Shown here: positions 21,384 through 31,091 of the stretch, one piece after another
Layout: every line of letters starts with the position of its first letter
Position numbering within the stretch: position 1 is the first letter of the stretch
Origin: an uncultured Chloroflexia bacterium
GTDB taxonomy: Bacteria; Chloroflexota; Limnocylindria; Limnocylindrales; CSP1-4
Length of the DNA stretch: 64,000 bases
NCBI GenBank assembly: GCA_963724635.1
Contig: CAVRVI010000005.1
Coordinates: 41,040-105,039 of the forward strand
Direction: 5' to 3'
Notes under the pieces: generated by a model
The model's input: the letters and a program-made list of their open reading frames with translations, nothing else
Told to the model about the DNA's origin: nothing
Database searches by the model: none
Translations under genes and position numbers: made by a program

Positions 21384-22277
21384 TCAGGCGGCCGTGCTGG
21401 CCGCGTAGTCGCGGGCGGCGACGCGTCGCTGCCAGAGCGTGGTCAGGAGGACGAAGCCGACCGCGACGAGGAAGATCATCGTGCCGATCACGTTGACCTG
21501 GACCGGGATGCCGCGGAGCTGCGATCCGTAGATGAACAGTGGGAAGGTCAGGGTCTGGCCGGCCGTGAAGCTGGTGATGACGTAGTCGTCGATCGAGAGG
21601 CTGAAGGCCAGCAGGGCGCCCGCCACGATGCCCGGCAGGATCAACGGGAACGTGACCTTCCAGAAGGTCACCCACTCGTTCGCCCCCAGGTCCATCGCCG
21701 CTTCCTCGAGATGCCGCGGGAATCCCTGGAGGCGGGCCTTCACCGTGACCACGACGAAGCTGATGCAGAACATGATGTGGGCGATGATGATCGTCGTCAT
21801 GCTCAGCGGATAGACGATCCCTTCGGGGATGAACGGCAGCTTGACCGACGCGATGAACGTCGTCAGCAGCGAGGCGCCCAGGACGATCTCCGGCGTCGAC
21901 ATCGGCAGGAAGATCAGGATGTTGGTGGAGCCTCGCCCGCGGAAGTGGTAGCGCACGAGGGCCAGCGCGATGAGCGTCCCAAGGATCGTCGCGACCACCG
22001 TCGCGATCAGGGCGATGATGATGCTGTTGGCGACCGCTTCGGGCAGGCCCGGGCGGCCGAGCGGGTTCAACCAGGCGTCGATCGAGAAGCTCCCCCAGGC
22101 CAGGTTGGAGCGCCCGACCGGGTCGTTGAAGCTGAACAGGATCATCACCGCGACCGGCAGGATCAGGTACAGCGTGACCCCGGCCACGTAGATCGGCAGG
22201 ATCCAGCGATCGACCCACCGGCGCAGCCGGGCGCCGGCCGTCGATGGGCGGGTGCTCGGGACCGGCACGGCCGTCAT
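21384..22277 (-). CDS. ABC transporter permease (PotC/PotI-like)
   Basis: Six TM segments with an EAA-like loop reading EEAAMDLGA. The start overlaps the upstream permease stop. Confidence 0.75.
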   Translation of the reverse strand: MTAVPVPSTRPSTAGARLRRWVDRWILPIYVAGVTLYLILPVAVMILFSFNDPVGRSNLAWGSFSIDAWLNPLGRPGLPEAVANSIIIALIATVVATILGTLIALALVRYHFRGRGSTNILIFLPMSTPEIVLGASLLTTFIASVKLPFIPEGIVYPLSMTTIIIAHIMFCISFVVVTVKARLQGFPRHLEEAAMDLGANEWVTFWKVTFPLILPGIVAGALLAFSLSIDDYVITSFTAGQTLTFPLFIYGSQLRGIPVQVNVIGTMIFLVAVGFVLLTTLWQRRVAARDYAASTAA

Positions 22278-23272
22278 CAGACGAGGTCCTCCGTCCCGAG
22301 CATGCGGATGTAGATCAGGACGCCGATCAGGATCGCGGCCATGAGGATGAACGAGAGGGCGGAGGCGGTCGGGTAATCGGTCACGCGCAGGTAGCGCGCC
22401 TGGATGACGTTGCCGATCATGAGCGACTGCGGGTTCCCCAGCAATTCGGCATTCACGTAGTCACCCACGGCCGGGATGAACACGAGCAGCGACCCGGCGA
22501 AGACGCCGGGCAAGGACAACGGGAAGGTGATCCGGACGAAGGCCTCACTGATCAGCCACGTTCCGACGATGCCACCGATGATGAGACCGGGGATGCCCAG
22601 AGCGAGCGGTCCGTAGTCCATGACGACGCCGACGATGGCGCCCAGCACGCCGCCGATGATCAAGCCCACGATCGTCCCGCGCGGGCGCCATGGCCCGGCG
22701 TAGAGGTCCTCGGCCGCCTCGATGAGGCGCCGGTCGATCTTCTCGAGGGCGACGTACAGCGGCAGGGTCATGAACGGCAGGAAGTTGTAGGTGATGCCCG
22801 CGATCACCGCCGCCGGGGTCGCGAGCAACTGGAAGTCCGCGGGGATGATGCCGAGCGACTTGAGCGGACCCAGCACCATGCCGTCGTCCGAGAGGATGAT
22901 CTTCCAGGAGATCGTCCGCAGCAGGAAGCTCGTGAAGAACGGGGCGATCACGAGGAAGAGCAGCAGGTTCTTGTAGGCGCCGCCTCGGAACGCGATCGCG
23001 TAGGCCAGCGGGAACCCCAGGGCGAACGCGAGGATCGTGGCCAGGCCGCCATAGACGATGGACCGGCCGATCCACGGCCAGTACTCGCTGAACGCCTGCG
23101 GATAGATCCCCCAGTTCCAGGTCTGCTGGAACCCGGTCTCGAGGTTCCCGGTCCACAGCGAGACGAGGAACATCTGGATGGCCGGGTAGACGAAGAAGAT
23201 GGCCAGCCACAGGAGGCCCGGCGCCAGCAGGGCGTACGGCGCGATGGTGCGGAAGTTGATCGCCCGGCGCAT
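22277..23272 (-). CDS. ABC transporter permease (PotB/PotH-like)
   Basis: Multi-TM protein with the loop EAAEDLYAGPW. Confidence 0.75.
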   Translation of the reverse strand: MRRAINFRTIAPYALLAPGLLWLAIFFVYPAIQMFLVSLWTGNLETGFQQTWNWGIYPQAFSEYWPWIGRSIVYGGLATILAFALGFPLAYAIAFRGGAYKNLLLFLVIAPFFTSFLLRTISWKIILSDDGMVLGPLKSLGIIPADFQLLATPAAVIAGITYNFLPFMTLPLYVALEKIDRRLIEAAEDLYAGPWRPRGTIVGLIIGGVLGAIVGVVMDYGPLALGIPGLIIGGIVGTWLISEAFVRITFPLSLPGVFAGSLLVFIPAVGDYVNAELLGNPQSLMIGNVIQARYLRVTDYPTASALSFILMAAILIGVLIYIRMLGTEDLV

Positions 23273-23278
23273 GGCGGG

Positions 23279-25690
23279 CTAGAGGCCCATGACCTTGGTG
23301 TACGCCTCGGCCCAGGCGACCTCCTCTTCCGCGGTCGTCGCGCGGAACTGGTGGAGGCGCGCGAACCAGTCAGGCGGCGGGAAGATGAGCGGGTTGTTCG
23401 CGAGCTCCGGATCCAGGTCCAGCATGACCTCACGGGCGCCCTCCACCGGGCACACGTAGTTGACCCAGGCCTCGAGCTCGGCGGCGTTCGCCGGCTCGTA
23501 GTAGAACTCGATGAAGGATTGCGCCATCCGTCGTCGCGGTGAGCCCAGCGGGATGGAGCAGTTGTCCGTCCAGAGCATCCCGCCCTCGTCGGCGAGGATC
23601 CACTGGAAGTCCTGGCTCTCCGATTCACCCGGGACGAGCAGACCCAGGACGTCGCCGGACCAGGCGGTCGCGATCACCGCGTCGCCGGCCTGCATCGTGT
23701 TCACGTACTGGTTGCCCTGCACCTGGCGGACCCACCCGCTCTTGACGGCGTTGTCGATCTGGGCGAGCGAGGCCTGGAACTGCTCCTCGGTGATGCCGGC
23801 GGGGTCGTAGCCGAGCGCCAGGGCGGACAGGCCGACCGTGTCGCGCATCTCGTCGAGGTACGTCATGCGCCCGGCGAACGCGTCCGTGAACAGGACCTTC
23901 AACGACGTCTGGGGCCCGGTCTTGGCCTGATCGATGCCGATCCCGGTCATGCCGGACTGCCACGGGGCGGCGAGGTTCGTGTCGGGGTCGAATGAGCGTC
24001 CCCGATAGATCGGCAGCAGGTTGGCGGTGAAGTTCGGCATGGCCGTCAGGTCGAAGCGCTCGAGCCACTGGAGGCGCGCGAGTCGCGCGATCATCCAGTC
24101 CGTGAGGACGACCAGGTCCCACGCGGTCGGCAGCCCGGCGTCCAGCGGACCCTTGAGGTTGCTCGTGAAGAAGGACTCGTTGCCGTCGACCGCCTCGACG
24201 TAGTTCACCGTGATGCCCGACTCCGTCTGGAAGCGCTCGAGCGTCGGGTGGATCGTCTCCGATTCATCGAGGTCCATGTAGCCGATCCACGTCGCGACCT
24301 GGAGTTCGCCGGTCTCCGGTGGGAGGGATCCGACCGGCTCGCCGCTGGGCGCCGGCCCACCCGAGCCCGGGGCCGTCGGTTCGGGCGTGGGCGACGTTCC
24401 GGCCGCAGCCGATCCGGACGGCGCGGGTGTCCCGCCGCCGGATGTCGAGGCCAGGAACGCGGCGACGCCGACCGCCACGACCGCGACCGCGCCACCGATG
24501 ACGAACTTGCGACGCGAGACCCCCCCGGGCGGGGGGAGCGCGGCGGCGGCCAGCGCGGCGCCGGCCTCGACCGGGACGTCGGGTGGCGGCGTGCCGCCGG
24601 CCTGCACGGCGAACGTGTGGTCTGGCGACCAGGTCAGGCGGACCTCCTCGCCAGGCTCCCAGAGCTCGGCGCGCGTGGCGCGTTCCACGTTCTGCTCGTA
24701 GACATTGACGAGGCCACCGCCCCGGGTCTCCACGAGGTAGCTCGTCGAGACACCCAGGTACGAGGCGTCCTTGACGGTCCCCAGGAGCTGGTTGCTGCCA
24801 TCGGGGACGTCGTCCGTCAGTTCGCGCATCCGGATCTTCTCGGGCCGGACGCCGATCTCGTAGGCGTCGAAGCCCTCCGTCAGGGCGACCGGGACGCGGA
24901 TGACGGTCCCGTCAGCGAGCTGGGCCGTGGCATAGCCGCCATCCGTGCCCGCGGCCTTGGTCGGCAGGAGGTTGCTCACGCCCAGGAAGCCGGCAACGAA
25001 GCGCGTCCGCGGCCGTTCGTACAGGCTGGCGGGATCGGCCAGCTGCTCGTATTTCCCGCAATTCATGACGGCGATGCGATCCGCCATCGTCATCGCTTCT
25101 TCCTGGTCGTGGGTCACGAAGATGAAGGTGATCCCGACTTCCTGCTGGATGCGCTTGAGCTCGACCTGCATCTGCTTGCGCAACTTGAGGTCGAGGGCGC
25201 CCAGCGGCTCGTCGAGGAGCAGCACCGACGGTCGATTGATGAGCGCTCGCGCGAGGGCGACGCGCTGCGCCTGGCCGCCCGACAGCTGGGTCGGCTTGCG
25301 CCGCTCGTAGCCCGGCAGCTCGACCAGCTGGAGCATCTCGCTGACCCGGTTCTTGACCTCGGTGTCGGCGACCCCGGTGCGCCGAAGGCCGAAGGCCACG
25401 TTCTCGTAGATGGTCAGGTGCGGGAAGAGGGCGTAGTTCTGGAAGACGGTGTTGACGTGTCGCTTGTAGGGCGGCAGCCAGGTGACGTCCTCGCCCTTGA
25501 GCTCGATCAGCCCCGAGGTGGGTGCCTCGAAGCCGCCGATCATCCGCAGGGTCGTCGTCTTCCCGCAGCCCGATGGGCCGAGCAGGGCGAAGAACTCGCC
25601 GGTCTGGACTTCGAGGTTGATGTGATCCACGGCCAGCGTCTCGCCGTAACGCTTGACCACATCGACGAGACGGACATCGACCGAGGGCAC
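23279..25690 (-). CDS. Single ORF encoding ABC ATPase (PotA-like, with TOBE domain) followed in frame by TM/Tat-like segment, Pro/Ser linker and PotD/PotF-like periplasmic substrate-binding domain
   Basis: The ATPase half has Walker A LLGPSGCGKTT, signature LSGGQ and Walker B LLLDEP. It continues without a stop through AVQAGGTPPPDVPVEAGAALAAAALPPPGG. Next comes VSRRKFVIGGAVAVVAVGVAAFLAS, which is a twin-arginine-like signal, and then a solute-binding fold. The likely GTG start at 25690 is preceded by GAGG. Confidence 0.65.
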   Translation of the reverse strand: MPSVDVRLVDVVKRYGETLAVDHINLEVQTGEFFALLGPSGCGKTTTLRMIGGFEAPTSGLIELKGEDVTWLPPYKRHVNTVFQNYALFPHLTIYENVAFGLRRTGVADTEVKNRVSEMLQLVELPGYERRKPTQLSGGQAQRVALARALINRPSVLLLDEPLGALDLKLRKQMQVELKRIQQEVGITFIFVTHDQEEAMTMADRIAVMNCGKYEQLADPASLYERPRTRFVAGFLGVSNLLPTKAAGTDGGYATAQLADGTVIRVPVALTEGFDAYEIGVRPEKIRMRELTDDVPDGSNQLLGTVKDASYLGVSTSYLVETRGGGLVNVYEQNVERATRAELWEPGEEVRLTWSPDHTFAVQAGGTPPPDVPVEAGAALAAAALPPPGGVSRRKFVIGGAVAVVAVGVAAFLASTSGGGTPAPSGSAAAGTSPTPEPTAPGSGGPAPSGEPVGSLPPETGELQVATWIGYMDLDESETIHPTLERFQTESGITVNYVEAVDGNESFFTSNLKGPLDAGLPTAWDLVVLTDWMIARLARLQWLERFDLTAMPNFTANLLPIYRGRSFDPDTNLAAPWQSGMTGIGIDQAKTGPQTSLKVLFTDAFAGRMTYLDEMRDTVGLSALALGYDPAGITEEQFQASLAQIDNAVKSGWVRQVQGNQYVNTMQAGDAVIATAWSGDVLGLLVPGESESQDFQWILADEGGMLWTDNCSIPLGSPRRRMAQSFIEFYYEPANAAELEAWVNYVCPVEGAREVMLDLDPELANNPLIFPPPDWFARLHQFRATTAEEEVAWAEAYTKVMGL

Positions 25691-25982
25691 GTTCGTCTGG
25701 TACCTCAATGTCGGGAGGGGGCCACGACCGTGGGGGCGGTCCGGCTGGGGCGAGGATATGGGCGCATCATCGGCAGTGTCAAGGAAACGCACCTCGTCGC
25801 CCACGGTCCGGTCGAGGTTGCGAGATTCGCACGACAAGGGTGCCGTTGGATTCGCAGTTCGCAGGTGGATACGACGCGCCACGAGGGCCTGCGAGGCAGC
25901 CCCAAGGGCCCGGCTGGCGCCGCGGGCGCGGCGGGGTACGATATCGACGCTTCCCGTGTCAGAACGAGGTCCGAACGCCAGC

Positions 25983-27062
25983 ATGACCACCATCACCGAA
26001 GGCGCCGTCCTGGACGCCCTCCGCCACGTCCAGGAGCCCGAACTCGGCCGCGACATCGTGACCCTGGAGATGGTCAAGGCCATCGCCATCGACGGCACGG
26101 ACGTCGCGTTCACGATCGAGCTCACGACGCCGGCCTGTCCGCTCAAGGACGAGATCGAGGGCAACGCCCGTGCCGCGCTGACCGGGATCGGTGCCGGGAA
26201 CATCGCGATCACGTGGGGCGCCATGGTCCGCCGGGCGCAGCCGCGTCAGGCCGAGCAGCTGGTGCCGGGCGTCAAGAACATCATCGCCGTCGCGTCGGGC
26301 AAGGGCGGTGTCGGGAAGAGCACGGTCGCGGTCAACCTCGCGGTGGCCCTGGCCCAGGCCGGCGCCACGGTCGGCCTTCTCGACGGTGACATCACCGGGC
26401 CCAACATCCCCCAGATGCTCGGCGTCGAGGGGCAGCCGACGGCCAGCGCCAACAACAAGATCACGCCGCTGGAGCGCTACGGCGTCAAGACGATCTCGAT
26501 CCAGTTCTTCGTGCCGGAGGGCCAGCCCATCGTGTGGCGCGGCCCGCTCATCGGGGGCGCCATCCAGCAGTTCCTGCGTGATGTCGATTGGGGCGAACTC
26601 GACTACCTCGTCATCGACCTGCCGCCCGGCACCTCCGATGCGCAGCTCACGCTGGCCCAGGCGGTGCCGATCAGTGGGGCGGTCCTCGTGACGACCCCCC
26701 AGGAAGTCTCGCTGTCCGACGTCGGCAAGGCCCTCGCCATGTTCCAGCGGATGAGCGTGCCGGTCCTGGGACTGGTCGAGAACATGACCGCGTTCGCCTG
26801 CCCGCATTGCGGGGAGCTGACCGAGATCTTCGGGCGCGGCGGTGGCGAGCGCTTCGCGAGCGAGCACGGGCTGGAGTACCTGGGCGGCATCCCGCTCGAC
26901 ATCACGGTCCGCCAGGGCGGTGACGTCGGTGTCCCGGCGGTCGCCCAACGCGAGCCCGGTCCGGCGGCCAGGGCCCTGACGGCGGTGGCCCAGACCGTGG
27001 CGGCGCGGATGAGCGTCCGGACGGCGACGGCGGATGCCCGTCCGCTCCTGACCGTCTCCTGA
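25983..27062 (+). CDS. mrp: Fe-S cluster carrier ATPase Mrp/ApbC (N-terminal DUF59 + ParA-like NTPase)
   Basis: The P-loop is AVASGKGGVGKST. CPHCG is near the C-terminus. The N-terminal DUF59-like segment begins at MTTITEGAVLDALRHV. Confidence 0.8.
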   Translation: MTTITEGAVLDALRHVQEPELGRDIVTLEMVKAIAIDGTDVAFTIELTTPACPLKDEIEGNARAALTGIGAGNIAITWGAMVRRAQPRQAEQLVPGVKNIIAVASGKGGVGKSTVAVNLAVALAQAGATVGLLDGDITGPNIPQMLGVEGQPTASANNKITPLERYGVKTISIQFFVPEGQPIVWRGPLIGGAIQQFLRDVDWGELDYLVIDLPPGTSDAQLTLAQAVPISGAVLVTTPQEVSLSDVGKALAMFQRMSVPVLGLVENMTAFACPHCGELTEIFGRGGGERFASEHGLEYLGGIPLDITVRQGGDVGVPAVAQREPGPAARALTAVAQTVAARMSVRTATADARPLLTVS

Positions 27063-27083
27063 CCCAGGCCTGGGGCCACCACC

Positions 27084-29306
27084 GTGCAGTGCGCATCGTG
27101 TGGATCCCAGGCGGCTGAAGGCGCGCGCTTCTGCGACCAATGCGGCGAATCCCTCGCCGGTGATCGGTCTGCCGGTGGCGCCGGGATCGGGTCCGTGCCG
27201 GGATCGCCGGCCGCGAGCGAGGTCGGCGCCCGCCCCACGACGGCGCCCGTCGGCGGCGACCGACGCATCGTCACCGCCCTCTTCGCCGACCTCGTCGACT
27301 ACGTCCGGATGCTCGCCGAGCACGATCCCGAGGAGGTCCGCGCCCGCGTGACCGCGGCCCTCGCGACGATGGCGGGCGCGGTCGCCCGGTTCGACGGGAC
27401 CCGTGAGAAGTTCATCGGGGACGCGCTGTTCGCGGTATTCGGCTGGCCGCGCTCTCACGACGATGACGCGGTCCGGGCGGGTCTCGCCGCCCTCGCCATC
27501 CGCGCCGGTCTCCAGGAGATCGGTGACGGCGGCGAACCCATGGACGTGCGCATCGGCATCGCGACCGGCGAGGTGGTCGCCAGTGCGCCCGGTCCCGGCC
27601 GCGACGGCGACATGGGCCTGACCGGCGAGGCCATCACGACCGCCGCCCGGATCCAGTCCCTCGCCCGGCCAGGGGAGATCCTGCTCGACGGCGCGACCCT
27701 TCGGGCGTCGCGTGGCCGCCTTGCCGCCGACGCCCACGGGTCCGTGGTGTTGCGTGGCCAATCGACGGCGGTCCAGCTGTTCGGCCTTCGCGGTGAGGCC
27801 GGCATGGGGGCCTGGACGCCGCATCGACCGAGCGCAGTCGGGCCACTCGTCGGGCGGACGCGGGAACTGGACCGCCTGCGTGACCTCGTCGAGGCCGTGG
27901 CGACGACCGGGCAGGGCGGCATCGCCCTGGTCATCGGCGATTCGGGCGTTGGCAAGACGCGGATCCTGGCGGCCATGGAGGCCGAGGCGCGGACACGCCA
28001 CGTGGCCTGGACCTGGACCGAGAACGTGTCATACGGGCGTGGCGAGCCCTATCGATTCGCACGCGTCTTCGCGCAGACCATCGCCGACGAGCATGGCGTC
28101 GATTCCGGCACGTACGCTCGCCGCCTCCTGTTCAGCGACGACCTGCCGGCGGACGAGATCCGCCGCTATGGCGGCGCCATCGCGGCCATCGCTCGCGACG
28201 CCGCATTCTCGGGCTGGGAGGACGAGGCCTCCGACACGCCCAGCGACTCGCTCGAGATCGCGGCGACCCTGATGGAGGTCGCGGTCCGCTACATCGAGCG
28301 CCTCATGACCGACGACGGGCCGCGGGTCGTCGTGATCGATGACCTGCACTGGCTCGATCCATCGAGCGTCGGCATGGTCGAGTTGCTCGCCGACGTCACG
28401 ACACGCCACCCGCTCGTCCTGCTGGCCGGCTTGCGACCGGGATCGCTCCCGCCGTGGGCCGATCGCCCGGGCAACGTCCGGATCGACCTGCACGGCCTGC
28501 GCGAACACGAGACCGCCAAGCTCGCGACGATCGTCGCGCGGGCCGCCGTGGACGCCGATGGGGCGCGCAGCATCCACGAACGGACGGGTGGCAACCCGCT
28601 GTTCGTCGGTGAGACGGTGCGCGCCTATCTGGAGGACGGCACGCTGGAATGGCGTGACGGCCGGGTCGAGCTCAACGAGACGGGCGTACCCCGCTTGCCC
28701 GTGACACTGCGGGCCGTGCTCGGGGCGCGCATCGACGCGCTCGATCCGGAGGCCCGTGAGATCCTGGGCGTCGCCTCGGTCATCGGCATCCGCTTCGACG
28801 CGGAGAGCGTCGGCCAGCTGCGTGAGACCGCGCCACCGGCGCCGGCGGTCATGGAGCGCCTGGCCGACACGGCGTTGATCCGCCGCGCCGAGGACGGCGA
28901 GTGGCAATTCGCCCATCCCCTCATCCATGACGTCGCGTACGCCGGGCTCCTGACCAGTCGGCGGCGCGTGCTCCATGCCCGGATGGCGGACCATCTCGAG
29001 GCCGGTCCCACCCCGGCGCCGCTGGTCAAGGTGGCCACGCATCGTGCCGCCGCGGGGGATGCGGCACGGGCCCTGCCCCTCCTGCACGAGGCCGCGGTGT
29101 CGGCGCTCGCGATGGGCGCGGCGGAGGAGGCAGCGGCCTTCTGGCGGCAGGCCGCCGAGCTCGCCGCCCTGGACGATCCCGAAGGGGCCGCCCGCGATCG
29201 GGCGCTCGCCGATGCCGCCGTTGATGCCGCGAGGGGGCTGCGCGAGGCGGCGGGCCTGGACGGAGCCGCGATCGCCGCGGCGGCCGCGAACGACCGGCCC
29301 GACTAG
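27084..29306 (+). CDS. Zinc-ribbon / class III nucleotidyl cyclase (CHD) / STAND-type AAA ATPase multidomain protein
   Basis: The N-terminus is CASCGS...FCDQCG. The cyclase core contains VTALFADLVDYV and FIGDALFAVFG. The P-loop is VIGDSGVGKTR, followed by a long helical C-terminal region. Confidence 0.7.
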   Translation: MQCASCGSQAAEGARFCDQCGESLAGDRSAGGAGIGSVPGSPAASEVGARPTTAPVGGDRRIVTALFADLVDYVRMLAEHDPEEVRARVTAALATMAGAVARFDGTREKFIGDALFAVFGWPRSHDDDAVRAGLAALAIRAGLQEIGDGGEPMDVRIGIATGEVVASAPGPGRDGDMGLTGEAITTAARIQSLARPGEILLDGATLRASRGRLAADAHGSVVLRGQSTAVQLFGLRGEAGMGAWTPHRPSAVGPLVGRTRELDRLRDLVEAVATTGQGGIALVIGDSGVGKTRILAAMEAEARTRHVAWTWTENVSYGRGEPYRFARVFAQTIADEHGVDSGTYARRLLFSDDLPADEIRRYGGAIAAIARDAAFSGWEDEASDTPSDSLEIAATLMEVAVRYIERLMTDDGPRVVVIDDLHWLDPSSVGMVELLADVTTRHPLVLLAGLRPGSLPPWADRPGNVRIDLHGLREHETAKLATIVARAAVDADGARSIHERTGGNPLFVGETVRAYLEDGTLEWRDGRVELNETGVPRLPVTLRAVLGARIDALDPEAREILGVASVIGIRFDAESVGQLRETAPPAPAVMERLADTALIRRAEDGEWQFAHPLIHDVAYAGLLTSRRRVLHARMADHLEAGPTPAPLVKVATHRAAAGDAARALPLLHEAAVSALAMGAAEEAAAFWRQAAELAALDDPEGAARDRALADAAVDAARGLREAAGLDGAAIAAAAANDRPD

Positions 29307-30136
29307 GAGGGCGACTCCACGCCGATGGCAGTGGTCACGGCGGCTGATCGCTCTCCCGGCTCCACCGTCATCGTCAGCCCGTCGACCGCGACATGCGCCC
29401 ACGGACCGGCCGCCCGGCACAGACCCTCGAGTTCGGCTCGTCGGATCGGGGCGTAGTGGACGAGCATGGCCTCGCGGGCTCGAGCGGCCCGGGCGAGGTC
29501 GAGCGCTTCCTCCGCGGTCAGGTGGCCGCGCTCGAGGTCGTCGAAGCGGCTGTCCCGAAGGGCGGCCTCGACGAGCAGCAGGTCGGCGTCGGCGAGGCCG
29601 GCCGCGACCGAGTCGGACGGACCGGTGTCGCCCGAGTACGCCAGGCGAGCGCCGTCGGGCGCGTCGATGACGACGCCCCAGGCGGGAACGTAGTGCCGCC
29701 CGCGGACGAACCGGACGCGCAGCTCACCGACCATCACGCCCAGGGCCGGGTCGAACTCGACCGCGTCGAAGGCGGCGTCGAAGAACCCGACCCGTTCGCT
29801 GATGGCCACCGCAAGGGCATCCAGGCGCTGTCGTCCGCCGGGTGGGATGTGCATCGGCAGGGGTGTCTCGGCCGGCTCGCCCCAGGGGAACAGGTAGCGC
29901 AGGCCGACGATGTCGAGGTAGTGATCGGCGTGCATGTGGCCCAGGATCACGGCCGACAGGTCGAGCGGATCGAGGACGCGCTGCAGATTGCGGATCACGC
30001 CCTGGCCCACGTCGAGGAGCAGCGCCGTAGAGCCCCACTCCACCAGGAAGCCGGCGGTGGGGCTGGCGGGATGGGGAGCCGCGGTGCTGCAGCCGAGCAC
30101 GGTCACGCGGAGGCGATCGCCGAGGGGTGCGCGCAT
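29303..30136 (-). CDS. MBL-fold metallo-hydrolase (RNase Z/ElaC-like)
   Basis: The sequence has HMHADH and a YSGDTGP motif. Its 3' end is convergent with the cyclase gene and overlaps it by 4 nt. Confidence 0.7.
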   Translation of the reverse strand: MRAPLGDRLRVTVLGCSTAAPHPASPTAGFLVEWGSTALLLDVGQGVIRNLQRVLDPLDLSAVILGHMHADHYLDIVGLRYLFPWGEPAETPLPMHIPPGGRQRLDALAVAISERVGFFDAAFDAVEFDPALGVMVGELRVRFVRGRHYVPAWGVVIDAPDGARLAYSGDTGPSDSVAAGLADADLLLVEAALRDSRFDDLERGHLTAEEALDLARAARAREAMLVHYAPIRRAELEGLCRAAGPWAHVAVDGLTMTVEPGERSAAVTTAIGVESPS

Positions 30137-30224
30137 GGCGCCATGCTAGGACGACGAGCGCGGACGGGTGAGCCCGCGACGACGCTGCCGCTGTCGGCTC
30201 GCTGACAGCCGTTAGGATGCCGAC

Positions 30225-30923
30225 ATGCTTGTGGGTCGCCCGATCCTGGAATCGCTCGCGACGATCCCGTTCTTCTCGGGTCTGGACCCGGTCGCCCTGG
30301 AGCGCGTCGCGTCGGGGATGCGTTCGCGCCGATTCCGCCGTGGTGAGGTCATCTTCCACCTGGGCGATCCGGGCGACGCCCTGTTCGTGATCGTCAGCGG
30401 CGACGTGAAGATCTCGCTGCCGTCGGAGACCGGGGACGAGGCGATCCTCGCGACCCTCCGTCCCGGCGAGGTGTTCGGCGAGCTGGCCCTCCTCGACGGC
30501 GCCCCGCGATCGGCCAGTGCCACCGCGTTGACGGCGACCGAGACGGTGGTCCTGCCACGCGACCAATTCCGCGAGTTGATCGCCACCGAGGCCGGCGTCC
30601 GTGACGCGCTGCTTGCCTCGATCGCCGGGGAGTTGCGGCGACTCACCACCCACGTGGAGGAGTTGCACTTCCTGGACATCACCGGGCGCCTCGCCGCGCG
30701 CCTCGTGCGACTGGCCCAGGAAGGCGGGACCCCCACCACCGACGGCGCCATCCGATTGCGCGCGAACCTGACCCAGGCGGATCTCGCGGCGATGGTCGGT
30801 TGCACGCGCCAGAGCGTGAACAAGCTGCTCGGCCAGTTCACGGATGACGGGTACATCCGCCAGGACCGCGAGGGCATCGTGGTGACCGACCTCGCGAGGC
30901 TGATCGCGGCCTCGCGCCGCTAG
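30225..30923 (+). CDS. Crp/Fnr-family transcriptional regulator (cNMP-binding domain + HTH)
   Basis: The cNMP-binding beta-roll contains FGELALLDGAPRSASATA. The C-terminal HTH is TQADLAAMVGCTRQSVNKLL. Confidence 0.8.
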   Translation: MLVGRPILESLATIPFFSGLDPVALERVASGMRSRRFRRGEVIFHLGDPGDALFVIVSGDVKISLPSETGDEAILATLRPGEVFGELALLDGAPRSASATALTATETVVLPRDQFRELIATEAGVRDALLASIAGELRRLTTHVEELHFLDITGRLAARLVRLAQEGGTPTTDGAIRLRANLTQADLAAMVGCTRQSVNKLLGQFTDDGYIRQDREGIVVTDLARLIAASRR

Positions 30924-31091
30924 GGCTGCCTCGCGTAGGGCGGCCTGACGCCCCGATCTCGGGGATCCCCATCCGAACTGGCGCGCGAACTTCCGCCCTG
31001 GTCTCCTGGTGGATCCGCCACAAGCTGTGGCATCGGCCAGGCCGGGGCGTACTGCGCCGCGACGCGCCGGGCACGCTTGACCGCCAGCCGT

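Noticed and set aside
18949-21408. 819-aa + strand ORF
   Set aside because: It is antisense to the universal stress protein and aminotransferase genes. It has no recognisable domains and is extremely Arg/Gly/Asp-rich.
24248-26389. 713-aa + strand ORF across the ABC ATPase/SBP gene
   Set aside because: It is antisense to strongly supported transporter domains. It is R/G-rich with low complexity.
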